Source: Octopus sinensis
Lineage: Eukaryota
Assembly (NCBI RefSeq): GCF_006345805.1
Contig: NC_043006.1
Coordinates: 82,212,001-82,276,000 of the forward strand
Length of the DNA stretch: 64,000 nucleotides
Direction: 5' to 3'
In this document: piece by piece, positions 40,569 through 54,830 of the stretch
How positions within the stretch are numbered: the stretch's first letter is position 1
Layout of the letters: each line of letters starts with the position of its first letter
Program-made: the position numbers and the translations under genes
Notes under the pieces: model-generated
The model's input: only the letters and a program-made list of their open reading frames with translations
Databases searched by the model: none
What the model was told of the DNA's origin: nothing

Positions 40569-43026
40569 TTAGGAAGATACGGTATAACTGAAGAGATGGC
40601 AGGGTTGTATCGCATAACAGATTATTGGAGAGAGAGAGAAAGGGAAAGGGAAGGAGAGAGAGAGACAGAGAGAAAGGGGTGGGAGAGAGAGAATAATACA
40701 TTTCTCCCATGTTAAAAGTTATCGAGGAGATCGCAAGAGACTATATGAAAACATGATATTAAGTATTGAATAAATTTCTGCATGCTACGACTTGGGAGCA
40801 ACCTTGAACTAGCTGCGTTCAATACAGCATAAGTCATTCGGATGGATACGTAACCTGTTACTTCTTGAAAAGAATCGAATCCAACACATATCAGTTCATT
40901 CACAGACCATGTTGCCTTTTCGGTGAGCCTCTATTTCGGTTGAGCTGTCAATTAAGTAAGCAATTTCGTCTGGCAACCGCCCCTTTACGATAAAATTACA
41001 GCTAATGGCCACTTGACAGCTGATTAAAGGAACTTCTTCCGTTTTTTTTGTTTTTTTTTTTTTTCCTCTTTGAAAAACAAATTCGAGAATTTTATTGAAG
41101 TCACGTGATATTCTTGACCGCGAAAGATTTATTATAAAAGGAAAAGTTATTGACAACAAACTAGAAATAATTTCAAAAACGACAGGAACATCTGTCTGTC
41201 TGTCTGTCTCTCTCTCTCCCTCCTTTCTCTTTCTTTCTCTCTCTCCCCTCTCTCTTTCTTTCTCTCTCTCCCTTCTCTTTGTGTGTGTGCGTATACATGT
41301 ATGTATGTTTGTATGTATGTATGTATGTATGTATGTATGTATGTATGTATGTATGTATGTATGTATGTATGTATGTATGTATGTACTAGAAGAAAATAAC
41401 TATCGATTAACTTTCTCATAAACAATTACACTGGAGCCGTGGTGCTCCACTTATAAACTGTAGCGAATGAAAAAGATACTATTAAAATGCGAACTTTTCA
41501 TTATGTTCTTCATAACTACACATCTTGATTTTATGACTAACAATAACAAAACTAGAGAAAAACAATAACATTTTGTGCCTCATTAATCGGACATATAGAT
41601 ATCAAAGTAAAATGTAAGGTGAACAATAATCATACATTACTTCAACTATGTCTCTCGAAATAACTAAGACGAATGGAGACGTTTGTAAGGTCCTAAGCTA
41701 CATACTCTCTAGAGGAAATTAATTTTTTTCCTACAGAACTAAAAGCGTTAACGAAGAAATATCGCTGCCAATGAAGCTGTATTAACCACAAAGTAGCCTT
41801 TATGAACAAGTTGGGCGAAAGAGAATGAGATGAAGTAAAGTATGTCAATAAAATGAACCATTTATCGAGAAATCTTAAATAAGTTTTGGTCTAAGATTTA
41901 AGACGTAAAGAGAAGTTTCTGTTGTTATTTACCATTGATTATAATGAGACAGGAATATTGTACCAACACCAACAATAAAACATACACCATAGACAATGGA
42001 AACTTTTACTAAAGCTACCAGAAAACTGTATTAGGGAAAAACCTTATGAATAGGCTTGATAGTTGGTTAATAGTGCAAGATCTTAACTTCAAATTATCAA
42101 CGTGTGCGAGCTTACGGTTTCTTGCGTTCCCCATCACTTGCAGCCAGGCGCGCAAACATAGAGAATGTAAGACTCTATTATTTTTCCTTCACCCCACCCA
42201 TCTTGACATTTTAACCCCGAAGGTCTCTGCCAAAACTTTGGATACTCCATTTCCCCACGGTAATTTCACCACTCTCTTTTTGTTGCCTTTTCTAAATAAC
42301 ACAAGTCATGCTGACGCAGATCACCACCAGTTTTCAAGAACGAAAGCACTCATTTGACAATAAATAAATAAATGAATAAATAAATAAAATAAAATGAATT
42401 ATTGACATATCACTCGTATATGGATAATTTTTGTCGAAAATAAAGCAGTTACACAGATGACAATCAAAAGAATTATATAATCAATTTTTTCCCAAAAGAT
42501 TGTGAATAGGGGTTTTAAACAGTCGACAATGCATACAGTAAAAGCAGCATACATTTGTGAATCTTAATTCATGCACAGACAACACGTTTCGGTTTATAAC
42601 ATTAATAAAAATTCTATTTACATAACGCGCTTATTGGAAATACTACGTTTGTATTAGTTTATTGAATAATCTGCGTGTCGTGTAAATAGAGCTATTAACA
42701 TATATAACCTGGTGAAAAGAGATAATTTGGGTTTTTATCCAGCTAAATCCCGAATCGAATATTGTAACCATTGGTGGTTCCGTTCAAACAGTTATAATGA
42801 CCAGCTGTTCGGAATGGTGGATGTCAGATAAAAAAGAAGCTACGAGACCGATTTGCGTTGTGTTTATATAACCGAGATGGCAGATGAATGGACTCTGGTT
42901 GGTTAATAAAACCGGGGAACTACGAAAACGATCCTTGTTTCATGAGGACCTGAATAGAACCACTACGGCTTTACGCAAGCTGTCTCAATTTCATAAAACC
43001 CATGCCAAGCCCGACAACATAGTAAC

Positions 43027-43209
43027 GGCGATCCTTCGGTATACGTACCGTAAGTACCGGAAGTGGCTTTGTTTACATTTCTGAAGATAACAGAAACCCT
43101 TTTCTCCCCCCCTAACCCTAACCCCCCCTCCCATATATATATATATATATAAAAAAAACACTTTCTTGAAATGTATCCAGTACTTCGGTACTTATACCGA
43201 AGTTACGCC
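43027..43209. mobile_element. Small TIR element with internal (CCCTAA)n
   Basis: About 30-bp inverted ends ggcg...cttcggtata.gtaccg; ccctaaccctaacc near 43110. Confidence 0.7.
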
Positions 43210-43319
43210 CATAGTAACTGACGAGTGATCAAATGGAGAGAGCACAAAAGTATAGATATTTAACGAACAGCCTTGCCTATTTACAACTTTAATTTATCGG
43301 CGTTCTAGTGCATCAATGG

Positions 43320-43560
43320 ATGCGTGTGGCCTAGAGGTTAGGGTGCTGGGCTAATGATCGTAAGATTGTGGTTTCAATTCCCGGATAAGTCGATGCGTTG
43401 TGATTTTAGAAAAAACACTTCATTTCAAGTTGCTCCAATCCACTCAGCTGGCAAAAATGAGTAATCCTGCGACAGGTCGGCATCCTGTCGAGCGCGTAAA
43501 TATATATACGCGACGGAAACCGGGAAACCGGTCCTTACGAATCCATAAAGCTCGAAAAAT
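43320..43560 (+). mobile_element. SINE family 2, tail A
   Basis: tRNA-like head, family-2 core, tail cctgcgac.gg..ggcatcc.gtc...gaaaccgggaaaccgg; weaker copy at about 49100-49310. Confidence 0.75.
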
Positions 43561-44247
43561 GTTTTGAAACAGATATAATTTTAATTAATTAAAGTGATCG
43601 TTCTCATCACATTAAGTTAACTTTCACTTCTCAAATCAATAAAGCAGCATTATTTGAAGTCAGAATATAAAATAAGAAGCAAAGTGTCAGGGAGCCTTAT
43701 GACAGCATAGTTTTATTATTAAAAAAAATACCTGATTCAATATAATATCACCCTTCATCACTGGTTTCACTACATTCGGGAAATATATCAGTTGTCAAAG
43801 TTTTTGTCGTTGAAAGACTCACAAAGACTTACTCATTCATCCTTAGACTTGTAACCGAAATAGCAACGTTTCGATGCTATGAATATATCGGAAGTGCTAT
43901 TCCAATGAAACAGTCAGTTTCTCTGCTTCTCTAAATAGTAACGCTAAGCTTATTGTACTAAAGTCGAGTGGTTTAAATGCTGTGGTCTATAGCAACAACA
44001 AACGCTCTTGTGACATAATTTCAGTCTAAAGACCCGAATTGGAAATATGTACAATGCTGAGGAATAGCTGGATTTAATAACGTTTTCGGCTGATATAAGA
44101 AGGAATTTAGCCAAAAGAAAAGTTCATGCTTGATTGAAGAAAATGGAAAAACTACTTTCCAAATACAAAACATTCACATCAATTCTCTCCCCACCTCTCT
44201 CTCTCTCTCACTCTCTCTCTCACTCTCTCTCTCCCTCCCACCCCCTC

Positions 44248-44322
<75 letters not shown>

Positions 44323-44543
44323 GTCTGTCTGTCTATCTATCTAGCTAGCTAGCTTTTTTCTTCCAAATTATGAGTCTTAAAAGTACTTCGGTATTATCGA
44401 AAATGCACCATATGAAGATACAATGAGTAAAGTTAGAATAACCAAACAATCTTACATGAATTAATGTACTTAATATGGCTTGGATATTTCCTTTTACAAT
44501 GAAATATGTGTGTGTATACATATGTATATATTATATATATATA

Positions 44544-44598
<55 letters not shown>

Positions 44599-44606
44599 AT
44601 ATACAC

Positions 44607-44800
44607 ATCAATGCAAGTACTGATATTAACATTCTAGATACTTGACTGGCCTGTAAAGGAAATCCGTTTCTTTATTGAAGCTCTCAAGTGGAAGCTTCCA
44701 CAGAAAAGTGATATTGTCAGACTTTATCTCAGAAGAAAAGGAGGAGTAAGAGGTTTATGATCAGTCCATATATCCTCTGAGTGTCACATGACATCACTCA
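44607..44800 (+). pseudogene. R4/Dong-like LINE internal fragment
   Basis: KSDIVRLYLRRKGGVRGL (cf. K.D.DRLYLPR.EGGRGL). Confidence 0.55.
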
Positions 44801-45186
44801 CACTTTACATACTGCACGACAACAGCCAAAAATAAATACATCGACCGACTGCTGAAAAGTGTGGAGATCTTTGTCCAAAGAGAGGGCAAACTTCGTAGTA
44901 GATTCAGTTTCTCGGAATATGTTTCAAGCGATTCTATGAACTGCCGAACATATTGACCTTAACAAATACTCAAAGAAATAATCTACTTACCAGCATAAGG
45001 TTATGAATGGACATGTTTCTTGGAAACTTGAGAACTATACGAATATCAACTGTGAATACAACTTTGCTTGCACGAGCCAGCGGGAGAGTCTGTGCGTGAT
45101 CACTCAACCCGCTAGAAATAGAAGCTAAATCACTATTAAAGCACACACTACACCTTAAAAGCAGAAAAGACAAACCGGATAATACG

Positions 45187-45230
<44 letters not shown>

Positions 45231-45292
45231 TATATATATATGCATACATGCATATACATATACACATACATATACACATACATGTATATATG

Positions 45293-45327
<35 letters not shown>

Positions 45328-45329
45328 TA

Positions 45330-45385
<56 letters not shown>

Positions 45386-45404
45386 ATGTATGTATGTATG
45401 TATG

Positions 45405-45780
45405 TATGTATATAAAGCTGAAGTGTCTGTGTGTGGCAGGTTTGGTAGCCTTCAACTAACACTATCTCCTCCGAGACCCTGCGGCGCAAGTTGACTAAAA
45501 TTGAGAGTATGATAGAAGAAGGCTTGCTCTTCATTCCGTAGAAGATAAAATTCAAATCGGACCATGTTAAGACCAAAAATTATTTACATCAAAAAGGTGC
45601 TTTTTTCTATGAAAATCCCTATTTTTTACGATATTTTGACTGCTATGTCGCCATTTTTCAGTGTATTTCAACCAGAAAAATGTTCACTTAAAGAGAATAA
45701 CAAGCTACATAATGCAAAATAATTTTCAAAAATTCCAATCGTAAAGGGTCGAAACAAGCAACGCCGGGCAATACTGCTAG
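45405..45780 (+). mobile_element. Non-autonomous Helitron
   Basis: Ends agcaacgccgggcaatactgCTAG|T like 39271; similar 5' motif. Confidence 0.8.
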
Positions 45781-46288
45781 TATATATATATATATATATA
45801 TATACATATTATAAAGGATGGGATGGGCTGGATTGCCTTTGATTATCGGTTTGATTAATCTTGACTGGTCTGAGGCTTAACAACTACAACAACAAAAGCA
45901 ATAACAATCCCTGTTGAACACGATACCGTTGCAGCACATGGCATTCATGCTTTTGCAATCTGAGGGAAAGGGACAACAAAATACTGTTAAGACCCAACAG
46001 ATGAGACCAAAAATGTCGATTATGAAACAAATCAGTTGAAAACATTAAGCGTGATCGGCAGCTGCCCCGAATTGTCGTAACGATAATTACTTTCTTATTG
46101 TAGCAGAGCGTTATTGCTAAATCAATGAGCAATATTATCCGTAAAAGGGTTTGTCCTGAATAAAAAAAGAGAGAGAAAGAGAATAACTTCTAGTGTCGTG
46201 TACGCGCTTTGATATAAAGAATATTGATGAATCATCATTCCTCGTAAGATTTTTGCTAAATGCTGTAATAATAATAATAATAATAATA

Positions 46289-46349
<61 letters not shown>

Positions 46350-46489
46350 GGAGGAGGATTTCTTTTATTTGCCACCAGGGCGAAGGATGAGAGGGACAAT
46401 ACCAAGACAAACATAAAGTGTGCGGGTTTACATATAATGAAATGGTAAAATTAAAAGTATACACGATATACATTAGAATATGATACTAG

Positions 46490-47580
46490 AAAAAGAGGGG
46501 AAGGAGAAAAATGTTGGAGAAAGACCTCGTCCTTGGTATTGAGGGTGAGCTTGAATAGTGGGGTTCCTTGATTATCCCTAGAGGTTCTTCTGTATAAGAA
46601 ATAGACTTGCTAGTTCGTCTTCGTCGACGCCTAGGATCACCCCGAGGACGCTGTCGCACTTCCCCGCTACTAATCCTCTGTAAATAGCTAAAGTGGAACA
46701 TCCACCGATCCTATTGCTCGACTTATAGAGGACAGTGAACGTCTGACGACATTCTAAGTGCCAGGTGCTCCAATCTCAGCCTATCTTTTACCCAGGACTG
46801 CAGCTCCGTCAAGGAGACGAGCTGCGGAAAGGCGTATTTCACAAACGGAGCCTCCATACGTTCACCTAGAAATCGCTGCAGGTGACGTAATTTGAGTGCG
46901 TGTCTGCGCATTAAAAGCCATTGCATGTCTAAGCCTCCACGCAAAGGAAGCTAGCAGCAGACCGACTGCTCGACTATTGGAACGCGTCCTTTCCATGGCA
47001 CGACGGTCAGAAATAATAGCAGAGGCAATGTAGGCATTCGCCACCTCTGTCCGACCTTTCAGAGATAACTTCCTCTCTGCCAAGACACCTGCCAAGAAGC
47101 TGCCAACAAAATCTAGCATGAAAACATAGAATTTGTAGGGCAGACCATCCAAACCAGGCGATTTGCGACTTGTGCAATCGCTCATCGCCTCCCGTATTTC
47201 AGAGGCTGTAATCGGCTTTTCGCAGAATCTCGCGTCCGTCACTGAGAGCCGTTGTAGGTCGTCTAGATACGAGGTATAGATCACTACCGTCGTTGACCCA
47301 TCACCCTCTTCAAATAGCCGCCCAAAGTGCTGCTGGAAAGCCGCACACATCTGCACAAAACCGACTAGTACACGTCCGTCCTGAACCGTCAAAGACTTGA
47401 TCGTGGTTTTGTTTCCACGTCGCCTCTCTACCGTTCAGGCCCATCGGACGGCTTTAGTCCCTTCGTGATTTAGCGCACGGGCCTTAACTATAACATCGCA
47501 CCCTCCGTGTTTCGCCTCAAAGAAATGGCCAAGAATCATTACCGCCGCTATCACGTCGATCTCAATGCCTTTACTAATAG
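46490..47580 (-). pseudogene. L1/Tx1-clade LINE ORF2 relic, internally deleted
   Basis: PITASEIREAM...KSPGLDGLPYKFY; RKLSLKGRTEVAN; GGLDM. Confidence 0.75.
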
Positions 47581-49053
47581 CAGTTCAGTACAATGGCAGT
47601 GCAGTACATGCTACAATGTTTAAATAACATAGCAACTTATTCGCAATCAGTATATTATTTAAACCAAAATCATCAGCCTTTTCTTCAGGCATTATGGAAA
47701 TATTGGAAGGGAAAAAAATTCGACTGCAAAGAACAGTCTCGATCCAAACATTTTATTCTTTTTAATAGAACATACGTACATGTATGAGTGCATGCATACA
47801 AACGTACAAGCACATTAACATATGGAAGCATATATACCTACATATATACATACATGCAAACCTACATATTTTACTTATTATATTTTAATGTACTTGGTTA
47901 TGCTTCTAAATATCTAAGAATCTTTAGAGCTAGAGTATTTGAGGCAAAGAAAGAGACCATCTAATGCCTATTTTGCAAAATTAAATCTATAAGAGGAAAA
48001 GTGAAAATATGCAAAACATTTTGTTTATATTCTTGGAAATTTATTCAGAACGGAAGTCTGTCACAGAATTAGAAATAAGTCTGAGATTTGGCAACATCAT
48101 AAAAAAAAAATATGTAAAGTAATGTAGAGATATTTTACATATTTTCATTGTTGCTTTTGTCTGAAAAACCGAATTTTTTCAAGATTACAAGCATGATAAA
48201 ATATAGAAGTAATTTTGCATATTTTCACTGTCCATTTTACAGATAAGCAAGATTACAGTTTAAACGTATCAGATCTTTTTTTTTAAAGTTAAAGGAAAAA
48301 AAAACCAAGTAGCCAATAGCTTAAATTTAAATAAATATATATATATATTGGTATTTAGGCAAATGCCTGTCAAGAATCTACGCAGAGGTTTGGGAGAGAT
48401 GCGGAGAACACATACCTAACCCCTTGCCATGCAAGCCAGAATAAAGGCAGAGAGAAGATGAGTGTCTGTAGAAAACAGACATCTCATCTCTCGCCAACAA
48501 TCCCAAGTCTTTCCTTTGCTGAATCCAGCTGGAAATGAAAGGGAATTCTTCTTCACATTTGCAATCAACTCTTCCCGGCATCTCGTATCTAATTTCTCAT
48601 TACTATGTCTTATGCCGCGGCATACTGGTGTGCCACGAGACGATGCTACGTGTGCCGCAGTGTAACCTGAATATAATTTTTTTTCCCTATACTTTTAGTT
48701 ACATTTCTAGTTCAGGTGTGCCGCCGAATTTTGAACAGAATATAAGTGTACCGTAAGTATAAGGCTCTATTCTAATCTCGATACATTCTCTACCAACAGT
48801 TATTAGAAGTTTATATTCAATTGATCTCTTGTTCAATAGATTTTACAGTAAAAATATGCAATTACAAACGTGTCTATTCATTATGATATAATACGCATCC
48901 GAAATACTACGAAATAACAACACACTAGTGAATATATCAATAAAAAACACCTTTTTAAAACATGTGGCAAGACAAAACCAAAACGTAAAACACGGGCCAA
49001 CAACAAAACATATTTTTCTATTTTGGCCTTTTACACATGTCAACATGTGATAT

Positions 49054-49104
<51 letters not shown>

Positions 49105-49680
49105 GCTGTTGCACTCGTGCGCGTAGGCTCGAGGTTTCGATTCTTGAACTGGGGGATGCATTGTGTTCTTCACGTTGCACCAGTTCAGTTAGCTGGCGAA
49201 AATGAGTAATCCTGCAACTGACCACAAGAGTGGAGGAAGAGTGGAATATACGTCACAGAATCCGTCAAACCGGCCTTATGAGCCTATGGCTTGGAAAGGA
49301 CCTTTAATTTTATTTATCTATCTTTTCTTTAATTTTTTGATAATTGCTCTGCTCTTATATCGCTATATACAACTGATTTGGAAATCCTTTTTAATCCTTT
49401 ATTATTTTCACCTTGAATTTTATGTAACATCAAATATTACTCCGTGCTTTTACAAAAGGAAACTAGGAAACAAATTCATGTATCTTCAGTTTGTTTTTGT
49501 CAATCCGAGCAAATCTGATGAAGTGGAGAATGTCTTCGGTTTTTAAAGCACTTACGTTGACACATAAAAAACAAATAAGGACGAATACAATCTTTCATAA
49601 AAGGAGATTTTAATATATGCCTGGAAGGAAATCTGTTCTTGCTATACATACATACATACATACATACATACATACATACA

Positions 49681-49713
<33 letters not shown>

Positions 49714-49761
49714 GTATATATATGTATATGTGTATATATATATATATTATATATATATATG

Positions 49762-49892
<131 letters not shown>

Positions 49893-49924
49893 TAATATAT
49901 ATATATGTATATATGTATATATAA

Positions 49925-51349
49925 AAGTATGTAAGAGGGTCCTAGCAAGGCCACTGCGGTCTCTCTTTCAGAGCTTCCTTGCAACTGGCAAACTTCCAAG
50001 AAAACTGAAGGAAGGTAAAATATGCCCTATTCATAAAGGAGGTAGCAGAGCGGAGGTCAAGAACTACAGACCTATCTCTCTCGACATATCTCGACTTTGC
50101 AAAGTCCTTTGATAAAGTCGATCATGGAATGATATGTCACAAACTGCGTGATCTTGGCATAGTTGGAAAATTGGGAGAATGGCTGCATGACTTTCTGAAG
50201 AATAGAAGTCAGGTGGCCACTTCCATTAACACGCAAATAGTGAGCGGTGTTCCGCAGGGCACTGTTTTGGGACCACTACTGTTCATAATGGCCCTCTCAG
50301 ACATGCCCTCAGCCACGCAAATAGCCACGATCACAAGTTATGCAGATGATACAAAAGTTTCACAGGCAATACAGAACCCTGAAGACACTAAGCACCTGCA
50401 ATGTGAGCTGGACGAAATATACAAGTGGGCTGAAAAGAATAGCATGCAGTTCAATGCTGAAAAGTTTCAAGCTTTATACTATCAGCATGCAAAACTGAAT
50501 GCAATACCCAATGAATACACTGGACCGGAGGATTGCAATCCCAGAGGCACAATCAGTGCGTGACCGGGTATTCACATGAGTGATGACGCGACTTTCATGT
50601 ACATGTTGCTAAACTGGCAATGAAATGTAGACGGCTGGCTGGATGGATTCTTAGAACCTTTAGAACAAGAGAACAATAAACCATGATGGTCCTCTGGAAG
50701 ATACTTGTCCTAAGCCACTTTGACTATTGCTCTCAGCTATGGTCACCATCCAGTGTCAAGTTGATCACAGAACTTGAGGCGATACAACGAAGCTACACGA
50801 AGAAGATAGCCTCTGTGCAGCATATGAGCTACTGGGAAAGACTCAAGAGATTAAAGCTCTATTCCCTGGAGCGTAGGCGAGAAAGATATGCCATAATATA
50901 TATCTGGAAGATCCTTGAAGGACTTGTCCCAAACTTTGGCATCGAGAGTCACACAAATGCCAGAACCGGGCGCCACTGCGTAGTACCAATTACTCTAAAT
51001 TTGCCATCAAGATGTAGGACAAGATACTGTGATAGCCTGGGCTTCAGAGGCCCACAGCTCTTCAATATCCTCCCGAAGAACCTGAGGGACTTGCATGGTG
51101 TAGATGCGGATGTCTTTAAAGTAGGACTGGATCTCTTCCTGTCAGGTGTCCCGGATGAACCAACTTCACGGCAGGAGGTGCAGATGAGGGCAGCTGCATC
51201 GAACTCTCTCATGCATCAGATGGCGTTTGCTAAAAAGCACCGTGAGGTAAATAAAATCGTGTAGCAAACCAAATGGCGGTGCCCCAGCATGGCCACAGCT
51301 CATTAGCTGAAACTGGAAAAATCAAAATCAAAATCAAAATCAAAAAATC
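49925..51349 (+). mobile_element. 5'-truncated CR1/L2-group LINE
   Basis: NYRPISL, SGVPQGTVLGPLLF, YADDTK, DYCSQLWSP and SLERRRERY motifs, frameshifted; (ATCAAA)n tail. Confidence 0.92.
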
Positions 51350-51656
51350 AATATATAAATATATATATAATATATAATTAATTAATAAGGGTGAGAGAAT
51401 TAGATACTAATTAATAGTATATCTATTCTACACCAAGTGGCCTAGTGCTCGAGAGAAACCTGGATTATATATAATTTTATAATATATTATAATATTTTTA
51501 CAAAATAAATATAAGAGAGTGGTCACTATATGGCTCACTCTAGCACCAGTTAATCCAATAGGTTTCAACAACAAAAATACATGTTTCCCATGAAAGTCAG
51601 TACGATTGTTAGCTCACACGAACAGGGCAAATAAAAAATAACAAAAATACAGATTA

Positions 51657-51736
51657 TTTGGGACAATTGTTTCGCTATTAATGAATTAAATGTAATTTTA
51701 CTTACAAAAAAATCCACTTGTAGCTCCTCAGCCAAA
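51657..51736 (-). ncRNA. Canonical type-I hammerhead ribozyme
   Basis: uuugg CUGAGGA GCUA...UAGC GAAA CAAUUG UC ccaaa; all three stems intact. Confidence 0.88.
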
Positions 51737-52186
51737 ACTATCTGGATGAAATCCACTCAATCACACGCCAGATTTTATCATAACGATAAATACGCGTGTG
51801 GTTCAATTGATTACATCCGACGTTAAATCCAAATGCCCCAACTAACAGCGCGCCAAATTTTCACGGAAAACAAATACAGCATTTAGAAATAAATGCAGCA
51901 TAATTATATTAATTAATAAGGGGAGAGAATTAGATACTAATTTAATAGTATATCTATTCTACACCAAGTGGCCTAGTGCTCCGAGAAACCTGGATTATTA
52001 TAATATTTTATAATATATTATAATATTTTTACAAAATAAATATAAGAGAGTGGTCACTATATGGCTCACTCTAGCACCAGTTAATCCAATAGGTTTCAAC
52101 CACAAAAATACATGTTTCCATGAAAGTCAGTACGATTGTTAGCTCACACGAACAGGGCAAATAAAAAATAACAAAAATACAGATTA

Positions 52187-52268
52187 TTTTGGGACAATTG
52201 TTTCGCTATTAATGAATTAAATGTAATTTTACTTACAAAAAAATCCACTTGTAGCTCCTCAGCCAAAA
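52187..52268 (-). ncRNA. Canonical type-I hammerhead ribozyme, second copy
   Basis: uuuugg CUGAGGA GCUA...UAGC GAAA CAAUUG UC ccaaaa. Confidence 0.88.
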
Positions 52269-52399
52269 CTATCTGGATTAAATCCACTCAATCACACGCC
52301 AGATTTTATCATAACGATAAATACGCGTGTGGTTCAATTGATTACATCCGACGTTATAATTCAAATGCCCCAACTAACAGCGCCAATAATCTGTATTTT

Positions 52400-53640
52400 T
52401 GCCAAGAGGACTTACTGAAGTGATTCATGATTGTTGCCACGTGATGCCTTTATATGACTTTTAAGCCCGGCCAAGCTTTTGCACATTTTATTATGTACTA
52501 GACAATTATGCTGGCTGGCAGGAGAAACAGGTGCCACCATAAGCACTCTCTTAACATGTCTTTTTAGACCTTCAACTGAAAGGCACATTTTACACACGTT
52601 CTGTTATGAATTTTAATAGCTACATCATTTTTTTATCATGGGTCGATTTCTATGAGAATTTTGATGGCTCACCAAGCCTGCACGACTCAAGCACCTCCGA
52701 CCTCAAACCACACACAAAAAAGCAACACTCTCTCACTCTCCAGAGGTTCCCTCCCCCCTTCTAAGCCCCTTCCTAATTCTGTCATACTTCACTCTCTCCC
52801 TCTCAAACTTTGAACAACCATCATGCACTATCTTCCTCCATTTATCACGGTCTTGTGCCTCCCATCTACTAATTACCAGCTGCAATTCCTGTCTCTATTA
52901 GAGCATTTTTAAAGCAATCCTTAAACCTTAGATTAGGCTTATGCGCCGGTCTCCTGCCATTTTCCAGCTCACCCTACAATAGTTGCTTGGGCAGTCGCTC
53001 ATCACTCATCCTTACCAAATGTCCCCCCCACCTCAAACGTCTTTGCAAAATCATTGACTCTATACTTCTACTGTCACTCCTCTCAAGCACCTCCTCATTA
53101 CTAATGGCTATTTTCCAGTTTAACCCCCCAAATTTTTCTCAAACAGTATTGAGAAATCGTCCCAATTGCCTCACGTGCCTACGGTAAACAACCCCTGCCT
53201 CACTTCCATATTACAAAGATGGGAGGACGCATGTGTTATATACCTTAAATTTAATTTGTGAAGACATATCATGTTGTTTCCACAGACGCCTATCAAGCCT
53301 ACCAAAAGCACTACTAGCCCTGCTGATTTTGTATGAAATTTCATCATCAAGACCAGCAGTGCTCAAGCTTTGACCATTCACGGTTATAAAAGGTTCTACA
53401 TACATCTTGGGGGGAGCGGGCTGGTCATTATAACAGTTTTTTTAGATTGATTGTTAGACCCAATGCTGCACATGCTGCAGAAATCGCATTCGCCATATGA
53501 TGCATATCTTTCTGAGAATGTGCCAACAAATCACAATCATCTGCATACAGAAACTCAACAAGGTGAGAATGCAGAACCTTCGTTTTGGCACAGAGCCTTT
53601 TAAAATTGGACAGTTTTCATGTTGTCCTACATTTTATATA
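52400..53640 (-). pseudogene. RTE-clade LINE relic
   Basis: DDEISYKISRASSAFGRLDRRLW...KFKVYNTCVLPSL*YGSE, followed by decayed C2H2 fingers. Confidence 0.85.
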
Positions 53641-53651
53641 GACCCCTTCAG

Positions 53652-53691
<40 letters not shown>

Positions 53692-53721
53692 TGTGTGTGT
53701 TTGTATGTATAACATACATAA

Positions 53722-53783
<62 letters not shown>

Positions 53784-53806
53784 TTATGTATGTATTTATA
53801 TGTGTG

Positions 53807-53841
<35 letters not shown>

Positions 53842-53854
53842 GTATACATATGTA

Positions 53855-53909
<55 letters not shown>

Positions 53910-53926
53910 ATATATATATAATATAT

Positions 53927-53986
<60 letters not shown>

Positions 53987-53987
<1 letters not shown>

Positions 53988-54826
53988 AGCAGAATTGCCC
54001 GGCGTTGCTCGGGGCTGAATTGCTTGAAAGTACTGTTAATGATTGCACTGAATTATGATGATTATTCAGGCAAATATTGATATAAGTTTACGGTGGGAGA
54101 TAAGGACTTAACGATCAAACGTGTGCCATTGCATTGTTTTGGGGGAACCAATTTCTGATGAGCATTATAGGGGCACCAACTTTAAGTTTGAGAAAGTGTG
54201 GTGGTAGTCCGGGATGCTCAAAGGAATTGAGTACCTCTATTGGATAGTTGATGATGTCCTCTGGTCCGGAGTTGTATCGATAGACTGATATACATAGACT
54301 TCCCCAGGAATGAGTTTTAGCATTTCATCATTAATATGGTGAACAGTTTTTTCCTCGGGGCCAGTATAGCCTTTTTGCCAATCCCATCCATATTCTGATA
54401 ATTAGCTTGTAGATCTGGGAACACTGCATCTCTGAGATCAGAAGGCGTCTAACAATGGTACAAATGGAATCGATGGCAATATTACCATTTTCATCCCCTG
54501 GTATTTTGCCTTCGCCAAGTGCAAGGAGGGTGTGAGGAAATGCTGCTGATGTGATATTACGTCGCATATGAGCACGCATATTGGTGTGAAGTTTGAGAGT
54601 TACTTCCCTTTATTTAAAAAAATATGCATTAAAATGAAAAAAAATGATGGTAAATTATTTGTAAAATCATAGACTCATCGTAGACGCGCGCTAATACACA
54701 GAAGTGCTCGACATGAATCACGACTATAAGATACCCGGTTTTGGCTAAACTGCATCGCAAAATGTGGGAGTAGTTAGGAATCTAAATCGGAGTAGACAGA
54801 CACACAACCTTTCTTTTATATATAAA
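53987..54826 (-). mobile_element. Helitron with helicase fragment
   Basis: Same termini as 38766; internal LHTNMRAH and [32 protein letters not shown]. Confidence 0.88.
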
Positions 54827-54830
54827 TATT

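Larger units (their letters stand above)
51372..52385 (-). repeat. Tandem duplication with about 531-bp unit (about 1.9 copies), one hammerhead per unit
   Basis: 51372-51852 is nearly identical to 51904-52385. Confidence 0.95.
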
